From Nemertoderma westbladi (taxonomy: Eukaryota; Animalia; Xenacoelomorpha), in NCBI GenBank assembly GCA_032718475.1, contig JAUCBJ010004989.1:1-40752 (forward strand): DNA of 40,752 bases, given 5' to 3'. Positions 1-12,145 of the stretch are shown in pieces (the first letter of the stretch is position 1; every line of letters begins with the position of its first letter). Below the pieces are notes generated by a model that was given only the letters and a program-made list of their open reading frames with translations, did no database searches and was not told where the DNA came from. The position numbers and the translations under genes are program-made.

Positions 1-140
1 CCCATGATGAAGATGAAGAATTCAATGACTATGGTATAACTCAGATATTTATTGCCTTTTTCTCTCGAGGTTGGATGGAAGAGTGATTGGTGAGTTGTGA
101 GGAGTTATATCGGTCCCGGGTTCGAACCCTGTTGAATATT

Positions 141-436
141 TAAATTTAGTTACTAGTGAAAAATAGCGATTTGCCCAAAAATAATAGAAGTTACCTGATG
201 CTAAGTGTAGACACCCGAACACCTGTAAAATAAAGGTTGGTGATTGGATGCAGTACTAGCGTTGGGTGACTAATAACGCTTATCTGAAAAATTGCAAAAT
301 TAAATTTAGTTACTAGTGAAAAATAGCGATTTGAAAAATAATAGAAGTTACCTGATGCTAAGTGTAGACACCCGAACACCTGTAAAATAAAGGTTGGTGA
401 TTGGATGCAGTACTAGCATAGGGTGACTAATAACGC
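141..436. repeat. Direct duplication, ~160-bp period (141-279 and 301-436)
   Basis: TAAATTTAGTTACTAGTGAAAAATAGCG...GGGTGACTAATAACGC occurs twice with few differences. Confidence 0.85.
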
Positions 437-828
437 CTCTAGCGGAATAAGCGGGAACTTGAGAAGTTACCATGGTTACGGATGAAATGCTGACATCTGA
501 TTGGTTGAAATAATAACGACCACTGCAAAAGGTTGAAATGGTGGTTTCTGATTGGCTGCAGTACCAGAAATGGATGGTAATGATGGGCTACGGGTGACTT
601 TGTGCGGAGGGGCTAGCATCCTATACTACTCGCGTATATTTCGCTAATGTTTAACTTTAATGTTTTACTAATGTTTAATTCTCTATTACATCGTCAACAC
701 AATTATTCGCAATACATCCGGTTGTGGGGTGGGTATACCGGGCAAAGGGGCCAGAGGAAACCTCTGTAATTATAGACAGGGCCATAATTATGGGGGGGGG
801 GGGGGGGGTGTGGGTGTTGCGAGGTCCC

Positions 829-1656
829 GGTAGCACAAACTTAGTTCCAATCGCACATTTTCAAAGGCGAACTTAGTTCCAATTGAAACGAATTTAGTTC
901 CAAAATAAATTTTACAAAGCGAACTTAGTTCCAATCGAGGCGAACTTAGTTTCAATCCCAGAATATCAAAACGAACTTAGTTCCAATGGATGCGACATGC
1001 GAATTTAGTTCCAATGCATGCGAATTTAGTTCCAATGGAAGCGAATTTAGTTCCAATGGAAGCGAATTTAGTTCCAATGGAAGCGAATTTAGTTCCAATG
1101 GAAGCGAATTTAGTTCCAATAGTTGTAAATAATTGTAAAACCGTTCCGTTATTTTTAAAAAACGAATTATTATTAAATGTATAATTACACATTTTGAATT
1201 ATATATTAATGACGAGTATACTGATACTGACTGACTGAGTCTGTAGTATTATATACTAAAGTCATGCACATTGTGCCATTTATCACAACAAATACAATAT
1301 TTACTAGTTGTTTCGGTTTAGGTGGATGGGCGTTGTTTGGGTTAGGAGGTTGGGCGTAGTTTGGGTTATGAGCTTGGGCGTTGTTTGGGATGAGATTGTT
1401 TTCGTTAGGAGGTTGGGCGTTTTGGGTTAGTTATTTACAATTATTGTTTAACCAGCCTCTTAATAGTGTCATTAAACAGATTCTTCGCCAATTACGTGGC
1501 TCGCCCCTTTGGAACTAAATTCGCATGCATTGGAACTAAATTCGTTTTCGTTTTTCTCCAGTTATTGGAACTAAGTTCGCCTAAATTGGAACTAAATTCG
1601 TTTCCGTTGGAACTAAATTCGCATGAGGCTTAAATTGGAACTAAGTACGGGGAATC
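829..1656. mobile_element. Non-autonomous foldback DNA transposon, Mutator-like, with inverted subterminal ~21-bp arrays
   Basis: 9-bp TSD CGAGGTCCC at 820-828 and 1657-1665; G...C termini; GCGAA(C/T)TTAGTTCCAAT arrays on the left are inverted on the right; GGTTAGG-rich centre. Confidence 0.8.
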
Positions 1657-2049
1657 CGAGGTCCCATATCGTCGGTAATTCGACAAAACCCCCTAAGTCG
1701 ATTTTTGTAGTTTTGAGAAAAACGAAAAAAACTAAATATTTTGAGAAATCTTGAGTAATGCGATCTAATTTTTGACTAAATATAATCTAATATAGCGTAT
1801 AATTTGTTTGGGCACATATTTTTAGAGGTAGATCGCATTTTAGACCATTTAATTTGATATCTGTTGTTTTGCCAGATTGTGAAACAAAATAGTTAGGTTA
1901 GAACATACAATTAAGGGGGGTTATCTTTAGCATGTGGGGTTTTATCAGATACAGTCTGGCCCATTAAATGACTTATTAGTGGGTCTAAGGGTCCAATAAA
2001 GCAAAGCTCATATATTAGAAACACTGTAATATTACAATTATTTTTATAA

Positions 2050-2610
2050 TTACTACTTCTACTATCAGCATGCTGCATTGCAACTGCATTACTATGTATT
2101 ACATATATATTAATAATGCTGTGCCGGCTTGTCAACAAAATTGCGCTGTCACATCTCCCTACCACCCATGACATTTGCTAGATCATCCGCATCTTCAAGG
2201 CCAGTGTTTAGATACGCCTCTAACAGGCGTCCCAAGAAAGGCATGGGCTGTCCGCCATGTTTATTTATTCGCCAAAGCACAATATTATGCACTGGCTGGT
2301 ACTCACGGCGAAAGCAATGTCCTGCAAAGCGGAGGCGGTTCAGGTCAAGTGTCAAGCTAAGGAAGACTAATGGATGTTTCCTCCAATGTTGTATAGAGTC
2401 TGATTGGAGATGTGTTCATTATACTTGACACAATGAACCCGGCACATCATTCTTGTGAAAGTGCCATCCAGAGATTTGGAATCCTCTGCAGTTAGAAGCC
2501 AGCACAGACTCCCATATACGAGTACTGGTTCTACTGCTGCTCTAAAGAGAATCGAACCTTTAGATTCCGTTTTATTCCACGGGACAGCCCAGACTACCTA
2601 TTTTTATAAC
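2050..2610 (-). mobile_element. RTE-clade LINE 3' fragment (degenerate)
   Basis: Translates to RLRFAGHCFRR...GLEDADDLANVMGGREMW; homologous to the other RTE copies; TAG-rich tail near 2050. Confidence 0.8.
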
Positions 2611-2980
2611 TGTTTGCGCTGTCTGGATTGGGGTCATCTTGCCACACCTGCTGTTGGAATCTAATTCATGTTCACCATCTTCCGTTAGCATTGATTGCTT
2701 GTCATTTACCCCGCTATTGATTGCCATAGAATCCGGTGGAGTGTAATACTCAAGATTGATGCTATGAGAATCCGTAGGCCTAAGAGATAAAACAATCCCT
2801 TATTCTCAATTATTATTGTCTCAACACTTTCTACAATTAGCGGCTGAAGTCCTGTTCCATCATCATCTCTGATATTGTTGTTGTAGGCTTCTAAAACAGA
2901 TAAATCTCGATTCGTCATTGCTTCACCGTGAACATCTTCAGCTACACTCACTAACTGATTGAACATCTCCAGCTAAACTC

Positions 2981-4297
2981 CATAATCGGCCTGCTGCATT
3001 GAAACTGGTCATTGAGATGCTGGCCTAAGAAAAATATTTTACTACCACCATGCAATCCACAATTGACAAGCCCAATGCAGGGGATTAAGCATTAGCATAA
3101 TTAATTTGAGAATTAAGAATGCTATGCCGGCTTATCTACGAAGATTCACCGCTACAACTCCCTATCCCTCATGACTTTCGCGTGACTATTCGCATCTACC
3201 AAACCAGTGTCCTTTAAGAGGCGTCTCACAAAAGTCATGTGCTGTCCACCATGCTTATTTTCTCCATGGGGCTTCCAAAGCACAAGATTATGCACAGGCT
3301 GGTCCTCACTGCTAAAACAATCTCCTGCAAAGCGGAGTGTTCAAGTGTCAAGCTTGGGGGAACCAATGAGACACATCCAATGTTATATAGTGTCTGGTTG
3401 GAGATGTGTGCATTGTACTTGACACAATGAACCCGGCGTAGCATTCTTGTGAATGTGCCATCCAGAGATTTGGTGTCCTCAGCAGTTAGAGCCCAGCATG
3501 GACTCCCGTAGAGGAGTACTGGAACTACTGCTGCTCTAAATAATCGGACCTTAAATTTCCGATTAATTCTTGGTGGCTTTCAAATCCTGGAAAGCCCATT
3601 CAAGGCTGCCAATGCCTTTCCCTTACGTATTCGAAGGTCCTCACCTGACTTCCGGATCCGTGATCCCAGGTAACAGAAGTCTTCCACTTGCTCAAGCATA
3701 TCATCCTTTGAGCTTGTGCTCATCCGGTCAGAGACTTGCTGAGGACTTTCAAAGTTAACTGTCAGAATTTTCTAATGAGCTGAGGAGATGTTCGGCTCCT
3801 TCTAATGATTCTGAGAGTACTCCTAAGTCATCAGCAAAGTCTAGATCAGTTAGGTACTTGTCAGGAATTCCTCGACTTCTGGAGCCAGTAGGTGGAGTTA
3901 TCATCACCCCATCATCATTATGATGATCTAAGGACATTAGTAGAACATAGTCAACCACAATTATGAACAAGAATAGCGCAAGTGTGTCTCCTTGGAGGAC
4001 TCCCCATTACATTTCGAATGGTTCTGTGTCACCGTCAACAGTAGCAGCAATAGCAAAAATAGTACAAATGTCTTCGAACCATCTTACTAATCTGATTGCT
4101 GCAATAATTCCCTCAGGAATCCCATATAATGAAAGTATGCTGAACATACGTGAGCGAGAGTCTGAATCATAGGGCTTGACGAAGCCAACAAAGCTAACAG
4201 CCAGATGGCTGTCTTTCTTTTTTGACAACTCTTCAATTATCCTTCTAAGTGAAAAAATGGGCTCACATGGTCCCACGACATTTATACGGAACCCAAA
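2981..4297 (-). mobile_element. 5'-truncated RTE-clade LINE with RT remnant and 3' UTR
   Basis: RT motifs GVLQGDTLA, LFIIVVDYVL and YLTDLDFADD; frameshifted; flanked by near-identical CATCTCCAGCTA(A/C)ACTC. Confidence 0.85.
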
Positions 4298-4647
4298 TCA
4301 TCTCCAGCTACACTCACAACTGATTGAACATTGTCAGTTACATTCACTACCGGTTGCACATCTCCAGCTATACTCACTACCGGTTGAACATCTCCAGTTC
4401 CTCTCACTACCAGTTGAACATCTTCAGTTACTCTCAGTACTGGTTGAACATCGTCAGCTACACTCACTACCGGTTGAACATCTCCAGCTACTCTCACTAC
4501 CGGTTGAACATCTTCAGTTACACTAACTACCGGTTGAACATCTCCAGTTACACTCAGTACTGGTTAAACATCTTCAGCTGCACTCACTACTGGTTGAACA
4601 TCTTTAGCTGCACTCACTACTGGTTGAACATCTTCAGCTACACTCAC
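4298..4647. repeat. 30-bp minisatellite (~11-12 units; further units at ~2930-2980)
   Basis: Unit TTGAACATCTCCAGCTACACTCACTACCGG repeated in tandem. Confidence 0.9.
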
Positions 4648-4744
4648 CTAGAGTATATCTACAGTTCTATAAAGTAACTTGTAAATGGACCAGTAGACTT
4701 GTAAATAATCTTGTACTCAAGTACGCAGTCTCCTGGAGTGAATA

Positions 4745-4930
4745 AGCATAGTGGACAGCCCATGACTTTCTTGAGGCGCATCTCAAAGGACACTGGCCTT
4801 GAAGATGCGGATGATCTAGCAAATGTCATGGGTAATAGGGATTTGTGGCGTTGCAATTTTGTGGACATGCCGGCACAGCATTCTTAAAATGCACTTTCAA
4901 TGAAGCGTGCCGATCCTAGTAGTAGTAGTG
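4745..4930 (+). mobile_element. RTE LINE 3' end with (TAG)n tail
   Basis: Encodes GQPMTFLRRISKDTGLEDADDLANVMGNRDLW; inverted relative to 2110-2250; ends CCTAGTAGTAGTAGT. Confidence 0.8.
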
Positions 4931-6764
4931 TAAATTGACCCCCCTCCCCAGATTTTTACCAAAGGTCAAAATAAGCATTACAAATTTTCAGATATTTAAA
5001 AATACTGTTAGGTGTTGAGTAGGCAACCTATTCATTTAATACTAATACCGTAGACCTACTTCAAAACTCACTCCATAAATTAATTCAAGGCCAATTATCC
5101 TATCATATTGTGGCAAACGGGCATTTTGGGGGTTTTATAAGAACGAATAATTAAAAGTCCCTCTGACATTTAACTATTAAGAAACCCCCTAATATCTAAT
5201 TTAAGGGGTTTTATCAGAAATTAAATCCCATATTGAAGGTTCTTAAACAGAGTTTTTTCCTACTTAGGGGGTTTTAACAGATCAAGCGATATTTAGATGG
5301 GATCTTATTTTGCGTTTTTCTCCGTTATTAACGCTGTTTTAACTTCTGGGGTTTTTTCAGAAGGTGGATATCAATCTAAGGTACCAGAATCACCAAAAAC
5401 CTGAAAATGGGCAAAAATCGACTTAAGGGGTTTTACCAGATTACCCACGATATGCACTCATAATTCTTATTTAACCATTAGATTTTTAAACTGATATGTC
5501 TTGTAAGGCACCAATTGACATCAAACAGACAGACAACAGAGCACCAATTTCCCACAGATTTTATTCCCAGAATTAAATCTTCTCTACAAACAGACCGAGC
5601 CAGTGTGGTTTAGTTAACAACATACATTTAGTAGAGCCCACAAAGGAACTGCGTGATTGACATGTCTTTTATGAGACACACGCAAGCCGGCCTGCCCAGC
5701 TTATGTAATTCAACCGATTAACTCAAGAGCCCAAGCAACAGACAGAGGCCCCTTCCCCATGTGGTGGTGCCTCACTCAACCAGAGTACTTATCCATCCCG
5801 TACAGGAAGAGTAATGCTGAGTATGGCACAGTTGGAAGTCAACCTAACTCAAACCATGGCGCCAGACTCTAGTTTGAGTTAGATTGAGCTGGCTGCATCT
5901 TTCTGATTTCTCAACTCTTACCCCAGTTCTCCCTTGACTATCATTAGTAAAAGGTTTGAGAAATGATACCCAGTTTGAGAAATAATATTCAGAATGAGAA
6001 AGGGACTGCATAGCCTAATTTTCGGCGATGATTCCGAAAATGGCAAAATATTTTCACGTTTATGGGTGTTTGATGGTCTTTTTTCGTGTCAAATGTGGTG
6101 CTGCAACAAAATTAAACAATTTGAAATTTTGGGTGAAAATTACAAAAGTTGCCATAACTCGAGAACAAAATACCTTATCGAAAAACTGATATCAGATTCG
6201 GAATCACCATAAAATTTAACATCGGAAAACACATTAAAAAAAATATGATGAAAAAAAAGACTGGGGATGAACCACCCCCCCCCCCCCCCCCCCCTTTAAC
6301 CAGAGACCGTAAAAAAAAAAACAACAAACACCATAGACAAAAAAACACCAAACAAATCACAAACCCACCCGTGGGAACATGTGTAAAATGACATGGCTAC
6401 CCCTACCAGCTAAAATGTCATTTATAGTCATAAATTATTAAAAATTGTAAAGGTGTAAGGAATTATTTAGGATCCAAACATAGCTCCTGAATCTGGCCGA
6501 TTTTAGGCCCTAAAACGTGGCTGGTAGAGTGGAGTTGGAGCAATTGATACTGTACAAAGTAGTTTGCAATAGCTAATGTACCCGCATCTGATAACTTGCT
6601 ACACATTTGTTCCAATCCAACGCCTAGTTCAGTTTTAGCTGAAACGTAGACGCAAATCATCCAATTAAAAGAGTTTGAACCAGTTTATAGTAATAAAGGC
6701 ATTCAGCACAAGAATCCGGGGGTCATTATTAACTAATAAACATAATCCCATTGCAAAGACCCAG

Positions 6765-7010
6765 CATCACCCTGTAGAGACGCCGTCTATAGCTTTCTAG
6801 GCACTGTTTTCGCCGGTAGGATCAATATGTACACAACCTTGGACTGCGGCTGCCTGCTTGTGAGAATATATGAGGTGGACTGGACAGCCAATGACTTTTC
6901 TCAAACACCTATTCAAGGACAACGGACTTGAGAATAAAGATGAACTGGGAAAGTGTATGGCTGACCGCGAGATCTGGGGGCGCTATGTTACTGGGCCCGC
7001 CGGCACTGTG
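6765..7010 (+). mobile_element. RTE-like LINE ORF2 C-terminal fragment
   Basis: GQPMTFLKHLFKDNGLENKDELGKCMADREIW aligns with the other RTE copies in the window. Confidence 0.75.
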
Positions 7011-8140
7011 TGGCTGACCGCGAGATCTGGGGACGCTATGTTGCTGGTTCAGGGGGCGCTATGTTACTGGGCCCGCCGGCACTGTGTGTGGCTGACCGCG
7101 AGATCTAGGGGCGCTATGTTGCTGGTTCAGGGGTAGTTACAGTATGTTGCTGGATCCGCCGGCACTGTGTGTGGCTGACCGCGAGATCTGGGGACGCTAT
7201 GTTGCTGGATCCGCCGGTAGAGGGCGTTAAGTTGCTCGGTACGCCGGTAGAGGGCGTTATATTGCTGGGTTCGCCGGTAGAGGGCGTGGTGACTGGGCCC
7301 GCCGGCACTGTGTGTGGCTGACCGCAAGATCTGGGGGCGCTATGTTGCTGGGCCCGCCGGCACTGTGTGTGGCTGACCGCGAGATCTGGGGACGCTATGT
7401 TGCTGGGTCCGCCGGTAGAGGGCGCTGTTGCTGGGCCCGCCGGCACTGTGTGTGGCTGATCGCGAGATCTGGGGACGCTATGTTGCTGGGTCCGCCGGTA
7501 GAGGGCGCTGTTGCTGGGCCCGCCGGTAGAGAGCCTTATGTTGCTGGGCCCGCCGGCACTGTGTGTGGCTGACCGCGAGATCTGGGGACGCTATGTTACT
7601 GGGTCCGCCGGTAGAGGGCGTTATGTTACTGGGTCCGCCGGTAGAGGGCGCTGTTGCTGGGCCCGCCGGCACTGTGTGTGGCTGACCGAGAGATCTGGGG
7701 ACGCTATGTTGCTGGGTCCGCCAGTAGAGGGCGTTATGTTGCTGGGTCCGCCGGTAGAGGGCGCTGTTGCTGGGCCCGCCGGTAGAGAGCCTTATGTTGC
7801 TGGGCCCGCCGGCACTGTGTGTGGCTGACCGCGAGATCTGGGGACGCTATGTTACTGGGTCCGCCGGTAGAGGGCGTTATGTTGCTGGGTCCGCCGGTAG
7901 AAGGCGCTGTTGCTAGGCCCGCCGGCACTGTGTGTGGCTGACCGCGAGATCTGGGGGCACTATGTGTGGCTGACCGCGAGATCTGGGGGCACTATGTTGC
8001 TGGGTCCGCCACCGCCGGTAGAGGGCCTTATGTTGCTCGGTCCGCCGGTAGAGGGCGCTATGTTGTTCGGTCCGCCGGTAGAGGGCGCTATGTTGCTCGG
8101 TCCGCCGGTAGAGGGCGCTATGTTGCTGGGTACGCCGGCA
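6956..8140. repeat. GC-rich compound minisatellite (~53-bp and ~30-bp units)
   Basis: Units GTGTGGCTGACCGCGAGATCTGGGGACGCTATGTTGCTGGGCCCGCCGGCACT and GCTATGTTGCTGGGTCCGCCGGTAGAGGGC alternate. Confidence 0.9.
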
Positions 8141-8905
8141 CTACACCTTACTGCAAACCTAATAAACACAACTCCGTAGCCATTTCGCCATAAGTATATA
8201 AAGTAAGACAGGTGCTTCCTTATCGTACGTAAAGTGAAACATAACGAAATAGTTCCAACTGCCTTAGTTATCAAAAGTTCCCATAAAACATAAATCATCA
8301 GTTTGGCAATAGTTCGATACAGCCATGTGCCCTGCCACTACCAATCTTGAATATCGAGGTAAATATATTTTCGAAAGTTGCTAAAAACATTCTAAAACAA
8401 ATATTTTATAGCAAAATTCACAAAAGTCATAAAATTAAAACTATTTTCAAGGCCTTTCCACAGACTACCCTCACTTTCACAAAAGGAAATGTATTTAATC
8501 AATCTTTTATTAACCCAAAGGTTTATTGCAAGCAAATTACAAAACAAGCCGCTGCAGAGTAATGGATGGCATTTGAATAACGACGAGGTAGAAAGCGTCA
8601 AACGAGGGAAAAATTGTAAAACACAACCAACCAAATGAACGAACATTATAAAAATATTACTATAACCTTTTCCCACTCACCGTTTTGTACCCTTTACTTT
8701 GTTCATTTCCAATGGCCTGACGCTGACATGGATAAATAAATATATAAATAATTAAAATGTTCTCTGATTGAGAACTGTATATATATATAATATGTGAAAT
8801 TTATTTTGAAATATTTAACTTCAGTTGCCCCGGACTTGGATGAGGTTTATCCATTACATCACCACACAGTCTGTCCGCTCAGTTGATGGTCGCACAATAA
8901 GCCAA

Positions 8906-9127
8906 TCATTGCATCTTACTGACTTCGTATCTCGTCGTTAATATTTCTTCGTCTGAGTCTAGCAGCGTTGGCAAGGCAACATCGGCCATAGAAGAAGGAA
9001 TGTTCTCTTCAACCCACCTTAAATCCTCGTCTTCCGTACTCGTTGTGTTCTTACCCGCTCGCGAGGCGCTCCCGTTACTCACTTGCCGCATCTTCACCGT
9101 GTCGAAAGCTTCGCCTAAAAATGGTTC
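8906..9127 (-). CDS. TMEM87: TMEM87-family protein, last coding exon (cytoplasmic tail)
   Basis: Acceptor ttttcgtag|GAA; EPFLGEAFDTVKMR...EDEDLRWVEENIPSSMADVALPTLLDSDEE...SKMQ* matches the conserved TMEM87A/B C-terminus. Confidence 0.92.
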   Translation of the reverse strand, partial: EPFLGEAFDTVKMRQVSNGSASRAGKNTTSTEDEDLRWVEENIPSSMADVALPTLLDSDEEILTTRYEVSKMQ

Positions 9128-9836
9128 CTACGAAAATAAAAATACAAAAGGTGGAGGAAAAGAAAAGAAAAGATGGGTAAATTAAGATACTTTATATCTG
9201 AATGAGAAGAGTAAGTAATAATTTATAACAAATAAAATTCCCTGAGTTCGTGGTTCCGTTATCTGTGGCAGATTTATTATATTCCAAAAAGTTACATGGA
9301 GAAAAAGTTAGTCCCTTTTTAATATCAATTTATCGTTTAACTACCACAACCACAGACCGATGAAGCGAGTAGTGAAGCGAGTCGAGGAAAGTTTTTCGCT
9401 TATGGCACAATGTCCTGTAATATCAAATTCTACCAACAACATTTATAAATTTTTACATCAATTCCCTGACATTTCAAGAAAAAATTGCAATTCCCTGACT
9501 AATCCAGGTCAGTGGCAACTGTGGTCACTGAACCTGTCTACTAGCTTTGGAGTTAGATCGTTTAAGCGGCATCTGTGGCTTACAATTAGCCCCCCAGATA
9601 TCAAGCAGTTCAGAGTCGACTTTTAAAAAAACTGAACTTTTTACAATCGATAATTTAACAGTTAAAATAGTTCGAGTTAACAGTTAGAATAAAATTTATA
9701 TAGATTAGGCGCTCTATGCAAGTTTATTGTTATTATTATAAAAACATTGACTGAACTTTAGCGAAGTCTAGGCCTATAACTGTAATGTATTATAATTTTA
9801 CATAAGAGGAACTTTGCTCATCATACTAGAACTAAC

Positions 9837-10005
9837 CTCTGACTCATCGTCAACAGCGTCAACCAATGGACTGAAGGCGTACCGTTGGTTGTTAGCTGAG
9901 GGTCGCCATAGAATCATAATGACCAATAAAATGACGGAGAAGAGGAGATGCCAGAAAGCCTCGTCCACCCAGAGCTGAGCCCAGTCGGTGAGACAATTAA
10001 CGAAC
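9837..10005 (-). CDS. TMEM87: TMEM87-family protein, middle coding exon (TM7)
   Basis: Acceptor tttag|G and donor GAG|gttagt; [47 protein letters not shown]; phases are compatible with both flanking exons. Not in the ORF track. Confidence 0.92.
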
Positions 10006-10595
10006 CTAAATGTTACAAAATTATAAATGCCGCGGATAAATTATCACAGCATTCGGCATGGCGCAGTTTGTAATACCAATTATATAATTTAAGATCGCAA
10101 CCAAACTAAGAAAAACTAAGTTTAAAAAACTATAATTCTTGGCAAGGTTTTTCGCTCAGTTCCCACTGCTGTACTGGAAATCATATAGCTGAAATATATT
10201 AATTCATAAAATTTATAAAAAAATATTATATTCATTTAAAAATGAAATTAACATGATTCTAACTGGTGATATGTAGGCCAATAAAATAAAACTTAAGAGC
10301 AACTATTACCGGTATATCGTTTAGTTAATATTCGGTCGGATATACGGCAAAAACCTGCCGGATATCCGACCCGGACGGATATCAAAAAGTGATTTCCGGT
10401 GGGTTAATAATATATAGATTTTACGGTAGATAGAGTTTAATAAATTTATTATAATAAATAAATAAATAATAAAAACATAATAAATTAATTAAAGTAATTA
10501 AAGTAAAAAAATATTGTATAAATTCTGAATTTACAGATTACAAAATAAATTAGTTCGATTATAAAAATTCCCCTTTCTACTGTGTCGCAACTTAC

Positions 10596-12145
10596 TTGTG
10601 CATTTTTATACTCCAAATCATGTAAATAACCGAAACGAGAACTGCGAATATTAAAGTGTTGGTGAAATGTCGGTAAAGAGAAAGTTTTACGAGATTCCGT
10701 CTCAGACGCAAAGTCCGAAGCGTCTGAACTAAACTAGTGAACACCCACCAACAGATAATGGAATCTATAACGGCGAGAGGGATGGCGGCGATCAGGGCCT
10801 CCGTGGACTGAGTCTCTTTGGGTTTCATCGCGCGGAGGAAACACTCTACGGAGGCGACGAGGAAGTAGAGGCCGCCGATAGCGAGAACTCGATGGAGCAT
10901 CGCGCCGAGTCGGGGCTTAACGATACCGAAACCGATCGAGACGATAATAACGAGCATGCGAGCGAGGGTCCGCTTAGCGACGCTCACGATCTCAGCGATC
11001 AAAATGGATCCCACGAATAAACTCCCTTGGATCCTGAGTCGTTGGTACTCGGCCTCGAAGAAGGCTTTCTCTATCATCCCAAGGAGGAGGACGCCGCAGA
11101 TCCAGAACTGTACGCGGAGGATGTCCTTCCAGTAGAGCGCGCACATGATCAGCCAGGCGAGACTGAAGACGACGTAGACGGCGCACATAACGCCGTAGAA
11201 CACCGACAGCGGGAAGTCCGACGCGGATAGGTAGACGTAGGAACCGTCGGGGCCGTCGGCGTCGATCATGGAGATGTCGAGGGTTAGGTTGACATCGCTG
11301 TGAGTGTCGACGACGACAATGAGGAGATACGGACCAGATTCGGGGGTTCGGGTGACTTCGTAGGACTGTCGGTTCCCTGTCGGGTCCGCGTCTACCTTAT
11401 TCGGTAGGCTGGATGACTCTGAGTCTGTGGCTGATGCCCCGGGGTCAGTGGGTGTTGGTACCGGTTTAGCAGTACCTTCCGGTTTGTCGGTACTTGCCGG
11501 ATTGTCGGTACTTTCCGGTTTGTCGGTACCTTCCGGTTTGTTTGTACTTTCCGGTTTGTTTGTACCTTCCGGATTGTCGGTACTTTCCGGTGTGTTAGTA
11601 ACTCGCGACCCCGTCCCAACCCCAACGTCTCTAGCCGCCCTGGAAGGCGCCTCAGTAGTCCCAGTAGTAGTCGCCACTACTACCGGGGCCGCGGTACTGG
11701 GTACCACCACGTCTACCCACGGGCCACGCGACGCGGGGTACAGCTGGCCCCCGGACCCACACGACCCATCCTTACTGCTAATCGCCCCTTCCTGGTACTG
11801 TACCCCGGACTCGTATTCCCCGAGCATCGCGTCCCGTATCTTATCGAACACCTCCCGGGCCAACGTCTCGTTCATACCCTCGTACTTCTCCGCGCAGTCG
11901 CTGTGACGCAGCACCCATCGCACGGTTAGCACGGTATCCGCACGCTCACACTCGACTCCTCTAACCCGAACCACCACGGATGTATTTCGGTACATTATTT
12001 TAGAGGCCCACGCTATGGTGGAGTTTTTAACCGAACTGAGTTGCTTCGTCCATCGTCCCGGCTCCGGATATCCGAAACCTCCACGGGATGATATCAAGGC
12101 AATAAAACAGAACACAAATAACCCGCTATGCAAATGTAAACCCAT
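10596..12145 (-). CDS. TMEM87: TMEM87-family (GOST / Lung_7-TM_R) protein, first coding exon: signal peptide, luminal domain, TM1-6
   Basis: Hydrophobic N-terminus; YLSASDFPL, RVQFWI, KRTLARMLVIIVSIGFGIVKPRLG, LRLRRNLVKLSLYRHFTNTL; donor AA|gtaagt. Exon lengths 1550+169+222 = 1941 nt = 646 aa plus stop. Confidence 0.95.

Larger units (their letters stand above)
1665..5454. mobile_element. TIR DNA element expanded by nested LINE fragments and a minisatellite
   Basis: ~43-bp imperfect TIRs CATATCGT(C/G)GGTAAT...TAAGTCGATTTTTG at 1665 and 5454; internal GGGGTTTTATCAGA-type repeats near 1935 and at 5128-5440. No TSD seen. Confidence 0.6.

Noticed and set aside
88-135. tRNA or SINE suggested by B-box-like GGTTCGAACCC
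   Set aside because: No convincing A-box, cloverleaf or tail.
840-1650. CRISPR-like regular repeats and ORFs 977-1192 / 990-1184
   Set aside because: Head-to-tail units without unique spacers, no cas genes, eukaryotic context; the ORFs are repeat translations.
7114-8298. Several overlapping ORFs in the GC-rich array
   Set aside because: Products of a stop-poor minisatellite in multiple frames.
10992-11906. Alternative-frame and antisense ORFs over TMEM87
   Set aside because: Shadow ORFs of a GC-rich coding exon with no independent motifs.
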